From assembly GCF_009914755.1 (NCBI RefSeq), contig NC_060929.1: DNA of 64,000 bases; one strand, written 5' to 3'. Under the pieces are notes generated by a model that worked only from the letters and a program-made list of their open reading frames with translations, was not told the origin of the DNA and made no database searches. Of this stretch, positions 56,353 through 64,000 are shown in pieces. The stretch comes from the human T2T-CHM13v2.0 reference genome, Homo sapiens. A program made the position numbers and the translations under genes. How positions within the stretch are numbered: the first letter of the stretch is position 1; each line of letters starts with the position of its first letter.

Positions 56353-56641
56353 GGCTGGGCATGGTGGCTCACACCTGAAATCCCAGCACTTTGGGAGGCT
56401 GAGGTGGGCAGATGACTTGAGCTTCAGGAGTTCGAGACTAGTCTGTGCAGCACGGCGAGACTCCGTCTCTACAAAAAATCAGCAGGCATGGTGGTGCGCG
56501 CCTGTAGTCCCAGCTACTCAGGAGGCTGAGGCGGGAGGATCATCTCAGCCTGGGAGGTCGAGGCTGCAATGAGCTGAGATTGTGCCACTGCACTCCAGCC
56601 TGGGCAATAGAGCAAGACCCTGTCTGGAAAAAAAAAAAAAA
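56353..56641 (+). mobile_element. AluJ
   Basis: gggaggatcatctcagcctgggaggtcgaggctgca; gaccctgtct plus poly-A. Confidence 0.94.
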
Positions 56642-57744
56642 GGAATGTTACCTAAATGTTCTAAATGTTAGGTTTGACAAGAGTCTCAGCCAAGAAACAG
56701 AGAAGGAAGAAACAGATCTAGAGTAACCGACTGGCTAACTATCCTCCAGGCACATCCTTAACAAGAAACTATAATGAGCAGGAGCTCGGAGTCTGTAGAC
56801 CTAGGAAATAAAAATGCTGACATTTAGAAAAGCAGATATAAAAGAATGTAAGACAATTTTTCTAGGAAATTTTATGTGGATTACAATGCCAAAATAAAGT
56901 TCTTATTTAAGTCAGGAACATTTCTTCATTCTTCATGCTCTCCAACTTTTCTCATAACATATTTTTGCAATTATGAAGAACAGAATTATATACACCTAGA
57001 AGATAAACTCCATAAGGGAAACCCCATCTATCTTTTTTTGTACTGATCCCTTAGGGCCTACCATAATGCATGGTACATGGTGGACCACCAATAAAAGTTG
57101 GTTAAATATATTAATTTTGAAAAACATGGAATATACTAAGAAAATATTCTATTTTAATTTAGTAGCTTTTAAAATAAACGTTGCAGCAGCAATAATTAAT
57201 GTGCTTTTGTTCATCAATATACACATTTTAAAATCACAATGAACTCTTCTAATGCTATGGCAAGCTTTTGATAAATGTTTAAAAAACTTTTGTAAACCAA
57301 ACTATATGATTTTATTTAATTTCAGCATGGGAAAAATCATTAGTTTTCAAACTCATTTACTCATACTGTTGAAATTCCATATCCCTTATTAGCATCCATA
57401 GGTTTTTGTCCATATTTACTGATATACTAGTTAGAATTTTTAAACAAAAAAAATGTTTAGCTTACAATGTGGATAGAGTACTACCTGAACCTTGAGGATG
57501 CAATTTTTACTATTATAATTCTACTTGCCATTATGTGGCAGTGACTATAAACAGTAGCCAGTGATCCCCTTTTAGTGATTTATAGAAAAACACTGCATTT
57601 AGAGGAGGTAAGTTAAGCTAGCCTGGAGAGTTTAAAAGTTAAAACATATAAAAATCAAACTTTCCTTTATGTCTATGCATATTTTCAGAGAGAGACTAAA
57701 TATAGCATTAAGTTGTGGCTTTTAAATATTTTTAGAATAACAAT

Positions 57745-57980
57745 GTACTTGAAAGGCAGACTCTGCAAACAGACTGCCAGAGTTTGCTTCTCTTCTCCAC
57801 TTGTCACCGTATGACCTCTGGAAAGTGTCTGATCCTCTAGACTCATGTCCTCAGCCTTCGAGAAGGGTGACAACAGTACTGAACCCACAGGCTGTTCATG
57901 AGGACTACTAGAAGTAATTCACCTAAGGCTTCCAAAACAGGGCTGTCAACTAACATCAACCATTTCTATTACTACTACCA
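57745..57980 (+). mobile_element. MIR (diverged)
   Basis: gcagactctgcaaacagactgcc...ccacttgtcaccgtatgacctctggaaagt...cacaggctgttcatgagga. Confidence 0.65.
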
Positions 57981-58041
57981 AGATTACTTTGTAGCTTTGT
58001 GATAATTAAATGGAAAAGAGGTATTTTAAAAACTGTTTTTT

Positions 58042-58368
<327 letters not shown>

Positions 58369-58487
58369 TCAAAAACTGATAAGTTGATTAACACTAAGCT
58401 ATATTTTTATACAAAGAATTTCCTGCCAGGTTTATGAATATTTCCCATAAGGAATCATTTCAAGGATTTGAACTAGAAAGAAAAGTC

Positions 58488-58619
58488 AGTCCCAGTTACT
58501 TGGGAAGTTGAGGAAGAAGGATTGCTTGAGCCCAGGAGTTTGACGCTATAGTGCACTATGATCATGCGTGTGAATAGATTCTGCACTCCAGCCTGAGCAA
58601 CATAGCAAGACCCTGTCTT
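58488..58619 (+). mobile_element. FAM (fossil Alu monomer), 5'-truncated
   Basis: FAM-diagnostic gctatagtgcactatgatcatgcgtgtgaatag...cactccagcctgagcaacatagcaagacc. Confidence 0.85.
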
Positions 58620-58798
58620 GAAAGAAAAAGAAAAAAAGAAAGAAAAGAAAGAAAGAAAAGGGAGAAAAAGAAAGAAGAAAGAGAGAGAGGAAGGAAAGAA
58701 GGAAGAGAGAGAGAGAGAGAAAGAAAGAGAAGAAGAAAAGAGAAAGAGAAAAAGAAAAAAATGAAAGAGAAGAAAGAAGAAAGAGAAAGAAGAGAAAG

Positions 58799-58829
<31 letters not shown>

Positions 58830-58918
58830 GAAAGAAAAAAAGAAGGAAGAAAGAAAGAGAAAAAAGAAAGAAGAGACAGAGAAAAAGAAAGCAAGAAAGA
58901 AAAATAAAGAAAGAAAGA
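58620..58918. repeat. ~300 nt GA-rich polypurine tract (expanded FAM tail)
   Basis: Almost exclusively A/G: aaagaaaaag...agagagag...aagaaagaaag. Confidence 0.96.
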
Positions 58919-60700
58919 TGTTTTAATTCAAAAATGAAAACCACAATGGTGGAATGGTGGAGGGAATATATTCTTCATGTTTATGCTTCATAGCAGCCAT
59001 GGATATCAGCCCCAATAATTACTGACGCCAAAGGATATCAATTTTAAAAATCAGTCATTCTTCCACTTAGAATTTTTTAATATAAGATCAGGAACCTTAT
59101 ATTCTTTCTGAGATACATGAAAAATTTCCCAAATGACATTGTTTCCTTTAATATTAATTTTAATAATTTTAAATGTTCTCAATAACATAAGTCTATGTAA
59201 ATAATTATTCATAAATAGATACCAGATGTCAGTAAGCCAGTAACATATGAATCTACAGAAATAATTGTTCTATAGATGCAAATGCCTTAGGAAGAATAAG
59301 CTAAAGATACTTCTGTCAGCTGGGGGCGGGGTTGCTGTCTAGGTGAGACCTAGAACTGTAAGCCAGTCAGCAGGGAGCCTTTCACCAATTCCACCATTTT
59401 TCATGCAGCCCAAGACAAAGCTCTCAATTTTGCTATGGCTGTGTATTCCTGTCTCTAGCAATTAAATAAATATTTGCCACTTATTCCAATAACAGAGATG
59501 CTGTGAGGATTCAAGAGATAATATTTGTTAAGAGCCATGACATGCTCATAAACATAAAACATTATGCCTGATAAAGATGATGGTTCTTGCCTTGGCATGC
59601 TCTGTTGAAGACATATGGTGATTGGTAACATCAAGGGCAAGAAGGATAAGCCACCTCTGCAGCTCCAATGTGACCTCAGCCCAGGGTCTGGGGTGGACAG
59701 AGCCAGGTGGCCAGAGCAGGGTAGTGGCCCTACACATGAGGTTCCTGAGGGCCGTTGATGAGGGCAAAGCTCTCAGGTCACCTCTTGTCTCCAGGTTCCA
59801 GGATAGCTGGAGGTCAGTCCAAGGAAGATTCATTCATCACTGGACAGCTCCCAGCCCAGCCAGTCCAGCTGAATGGAAGGCTGCCCTCGCAGGAGAAGCT
59901 GACGACTGTCAACAATGGCCTTTGTTCATTCTTCCAGAAAAGGAACACTGAAACCATGCTAAGCCCTTCAAACTCTCTTAAATATTGAAAATAAGAAAAA
60001 GAGCAGAGGAGATTTTTTAATCACTCACATAACAGCATTTGGAAACAATCACTTTTTTAAAAATGTAAATGTGCTCCTCTGGTGCTGTGCATGAAAAAAC
60101 AGAAAACTTTTCATTTTCCGTCTTTTGTTTTCATAAGGATAAAATGTGAAATAAACTTCCTTAATTTTCACTTCAGTGTTTGCAGCTTAGGATTCCATTA
60201 ATATATCCTTTTCCCCTCGGTTGTGCAGGGTCCTCGTTTGCAGTCAGTTCATTCTGCACTGATGTATATTTCATTGCCCAAGGCTTAATTTTGATTTATT
60301 GTCCATCCATAAATTAGAAAAATATGCTCTGGAATTCCATCCCGCTGAAAAGCTGTGCCTGATGTCAGGGGACTGGGTGATATTTAAGATGTCAGAAATA
60401 CATATTGGATTAGTGTGCTTTGTTTCCCCACAACAGCAGGTGTTTAATCATAGCTGATGGCTGAAGTTAAATGCATTAGGACAGCAGCAGCCAAGAAGAT
60501 GGAGTTTTTCTAAACCATACAAACTCCAGGATAAATAACTCAAAACTAATTGTGTGTCCACATCTTAGATACATTTTTATTTACTTAATACATTAAACAA
60601 TGAAAATAGCCTCTGGCACTTAACTTCATGTTTAAGAGCCTGTACAAATATTTTATGTTAGTGAAGTGTTGGCTGTTTAAACATAATTACTATTTTCCTT

Positions 60701-60719
60701 ACTGGCCCTCTGGCGGCTT
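60701..60719 (-). promoter_or_regulatory. Candidate CTCF motif
   Basis: Minus strand aagCCGCCAGAGGGCcagt matches the core CCRSYAGRKGGC, in repeat-free AT-rich DNA. Confidence 0.4.
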
Positions 60720-61999
60720 TATATAAAACATTTCTTAAAGCAGAAAAGAATAAAGGCTGAAATCTCTCAGTAATTCAGGGATAAGGAATTTTCAGAGGTT
60801 GCTTTTTTTTTCTTAATATGATATGAATGCTTATATCTGCCTAAATGCCCATTCGCCATCATCCAAATGATGCTTCACATACTTACTGACCAGGTATTTT
60901 CCTTTCCTCTCTTTGTAAAGTACAGGTTCTCGTTGCCATTATGTTTATATCAATTAGAGGTCCATGTGTATAGAAAAATGATCAGGCTTGGTGTGGAGCA
61001 ATTTAGCTGGAGGCTGGAGAGAAGACGCTTAGGAGAGCAAACATTTTCAAGGTGCAACCGGTGACCTGTAACAAGCTGGGGAGATTCATGGCGAGAATCG
61101 TATATTTTGACACAACAGTGATTTGATTAAAAGAGAAAGTAATGGGTTTAAACAGTCGCTATGAGGGTGTAGCCAGACTTTGGTAGCTTTTTGCAATTTA
61201 CTTTACAGACCAGTGATGGAGCAGGAGAGAGGACCTTTGCTACTGAAAAGGAAAGGCCACTTGGATTTGAAAACAAATATAAGCAAAAATTGGGTGGCTG
61301 AAACTAGTTTTTCCCTTCCAGCCTTTCCTTTAACACACATCTATGGAGGAGGCAGGGTAATACCAAGGCAAAAAGAAAATATTAAGGTCATTTTGAGAAT
61401 AGGATTAGAACTGGATTTAATTTTGCTTGGATATTTAAAAAAATAATTATTTTTGGTGTCAGGCTCAAATGAATCAGTCTGAAAAGAAAAGGGAAAATGT
61501 AATTCTCTGCACTTTTGAGAAAAATTAGAATTTATATTAGAAAACTGAAATAGTTCATTTGTTTCACTTAGATAAGCAGTTTGATTCCTCAAAATAGTTA
61601 ACATCCCTAGGGTCAATGTAGCATCAAATTTAATTTTAATATAGTAGTTGGGAATACCACAGTGTGACTTTGAATTTAATAGGTTAAAAAGAATTTTAAT
61701 AAAACCTTAAGTTAACAAGTACAAGTTACAATACAATAGAATGATCCTACTAATGTAAGAATACAAGAGAAAACACAATGAAAGACATGCTGTGTATGTA
61801 TATAGATCCCAGAATAACTATGACCCCCATACAAAGGATCTGAAAGTGAGCAGAACAGTGATTACCTCCGAGGAGGGAATTTTAACTGTTTACTCTGTAT
61901 ACTCTGGTGTTGTATGATTTTATTTATAATAATAATATAACATTATTATAATGTTTTGAGATATGACTTATATAAATGAATTTTCAAAGAGTTCCAGTA

Positions 62000-62297
62000 G
62001 CCGGGCACAGTGGCTCACCCCCGTAATCCCAGCACTTTGGGAGGCCAAGGCAGGCCGACCACGAGGTCAGGAGATTGAGACCATCCTGGCCAACATGGTG
62101 AAACCCTGTCTCTACTAAAAATACAAAAATTAGCCAGGCATAGTGGCATGTGCCTGTAATCCCAGCTACTCAGGGGGCTGAGACAGGAGAATCACTTGAA
62201 CCTGGGAGGCAGAGGTTTCAGTGAGCTGAGATCACACCACTGCACTCCAGCCTGGCAACAGAGCGGGACTCCATCTCAAAAAAAAAAAAAAAAAAAA
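62000..62297 (+). mobile_element. AluSc-like
   Basis: cacgaggtcaggagattgagaccatcctggccaac, cagcctggcaacagagc; TSD aaagagttccagta. Confidence 0.96.
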
Positions 62298-63011
62298 AGA
62301 GTTCCAGTAAAGGTTTGTTTTTAAAGGAAAAAAGAGGCCTTTTCCCTATTTTGATACATACATTGTGCCTGAAAAGAAATCAGTCATGATTACTTTTGCT
62401 ATAACTATGTGTTGAATGAGATAGTCATCATTGAATGTTGTTATAATAAACTACTTGAAAAAAAGTTTTAAAATTACAGTCCTGATAAGGTGTGCATGTG
62501 GAGCAAACTGTTAAAACAAAAGTCTCTTGGTGCCTTAGTTTTCTCATTGGAAGCTGATTTCTTCTTCCCTCATCCCCCACCCTTGCTGACCATGGCAGGT
62601 AGCTGCTTTAATCACTAAGCATTTATTATGATAGGCAATTCGCTCCTTTAAAACAACACTAAAAATATCAAGGTACTAAGACAGCTCTTTGTTTCAGAAT
62701 TTCTTATAATAATATTCTAATTGATAAAATTTATGTTTTTCACAACTCTGATTTTTAAAGTGATAGTCGGGTGCTTTTGTTAAAAAAAAGAATGTTCTAT
62801 AATGAATTTCTCATTTGGTGACATCATTTCATACACTTCAATATCTTTTTTCTATTTTGCAACTGATATCCCAAAGTTCTTTAACACTTCAAAGTTCTTC
62901 ATTGTATTTTAGCCCAATGAGTATAATATTACTAGGAGAAAAAAAGTAAATATGGGGACTTAAGACTCACTTTAAGCTGGTTCGTATGATTTCTAACATT
63001 TTTAGTCTGAG

Positions 63012-63411
63012 TGTTATAGGTCAGGCTCCCCAGGAAATAGACTCTGAGATAAAGATTTCTTGCAAGAGGTTTACTGGAGGGTGCTCTTGGAGTTACCCCT
63101 GAGCAGGGAGGGCAGGAAACAGGAATGGGTGGAAGGAGAAGTTGAGGCCATGCGGTCGCTTCAGCTGTTCTACAGAGAGCTCAGGGGCCCGGATGATCCT
63201 GCAGAATTGTTCCCCCTTTGACAGCCACTGGATGCAGGCTGACTCCTGGAAGGGAGTGTCACTTCTGGCAAGGCAGCTCTCTTTGGCATAGGACAATTCC
63301 TGGAGAGATATTTTGTTAAGAGCTTTCAGCAAACAACACTTCCAGCAATTCTAGGAATAAATGCCTTGGTCGTAAAGCGGGGCTCAGAGTGGGGCACCCC
63401 GTACCCACCAC
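63012..63411 (-). mobile_element. LTR33-family (ERVL) solo LTR
   Basis: tgttataggtcaggctccccaggaaatagactctgagat...cagccactggatgcaggctg...ggcaaggcagctctct...cacttccagca...caccaca. Confidence 0.78.
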
Positions 63412-64000
63412 ACCAAGTTTCCAGATCTCACTTTCTGCATTTCCAGCCACAAAGAACAATATTCATTCAGCTGTGGCTAGAATATCACTCCCAAAGAAAG
63501 GGCAGAAGGGAGCAACATTCATTGTGGAAAACCATGAAAGGACCATAATTCCAAGGCATTTTTCATAAAGGAAGCTAAAAGTAGAAGAGGAAAAACCCAT
63601 TCCGTTGTTGTCAAGGAAGCAAGAAAGAGAATGACTTACTGGTTGGCTTACGCTAAAAATCTAATATTTTGTTCCAAATTTGCTTCATTCTGTCATACTG
63701 CATTGCTAGTGTTCTGGTTATTTCTTGCATTTGTATCGTAGAAATAATTAACAACATCCTAAGAAGGGGCCTAGAGATTATTAAGTGTAATTTTCTATGG
63801 TGCATGACATAGTAAGGCTAATAGATGAATCCCATGAAGTAGCTGATATTTTGGTCAGTAAGCAAGACTGGAGGACATCAGCCACTCATGATTGTTTTCC
63901 CAGTTTTCTGTTCCAAAGATACCTGGTTCCAAGAGGAGATAGTACAGATGAAATGAATTTACAGAGCAAATGGGGAAAGTGGGTTTTATCAAATGCTCAG

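Noticed and set aside
58546-58944. Phe/Leu/Ser-rich membrane-like ORFs
   Set aside because: Reverse translation of the GA-rich tract

Overview
Primate (very probably human) non-coding genomic DNA, intergenic or deep intronic. I can support no protein-coding gene, tRNA/rRNA, CpG island or CRISPR-like structure; the ORF track is almost entirely Alu, LTR, L1 or microsatellite read-through. The window is dominated by interspersed repeats: 29 dimeric Alus (many with visible TSDs), one fossil Alu monomer (FAM), about ten old L1 fragments, L2/MIR relics, MaLR/ERVL solo LTRs (THE1D, MSTA/B, MLT1, MER21, LTR16, LTR33) and DNA transposons (MER5, MER53, MADE1, a probable hAT-Tip100 element), often nested. 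The most notable items are a decayed RTE-clade reverse-transcriptase fossil with an intact YADD motif (~50.0-50.2 kb, minus), a CR1/L3 ORF2 fossil (~33.2-33.45 kb, minus), a MADE1 palindrome split at its centre by an Alu, an unexplained hairpin at 40.9 kb, candidate minus-strand exons (~1 kb and ~15.5 kb) and several repeat-free, motif-dense islands that could be enhancers. I found no convincing new biological system. Repeat family names come from recalled consensus sequences, not a database search, and boundaries of old repeats are approximate.
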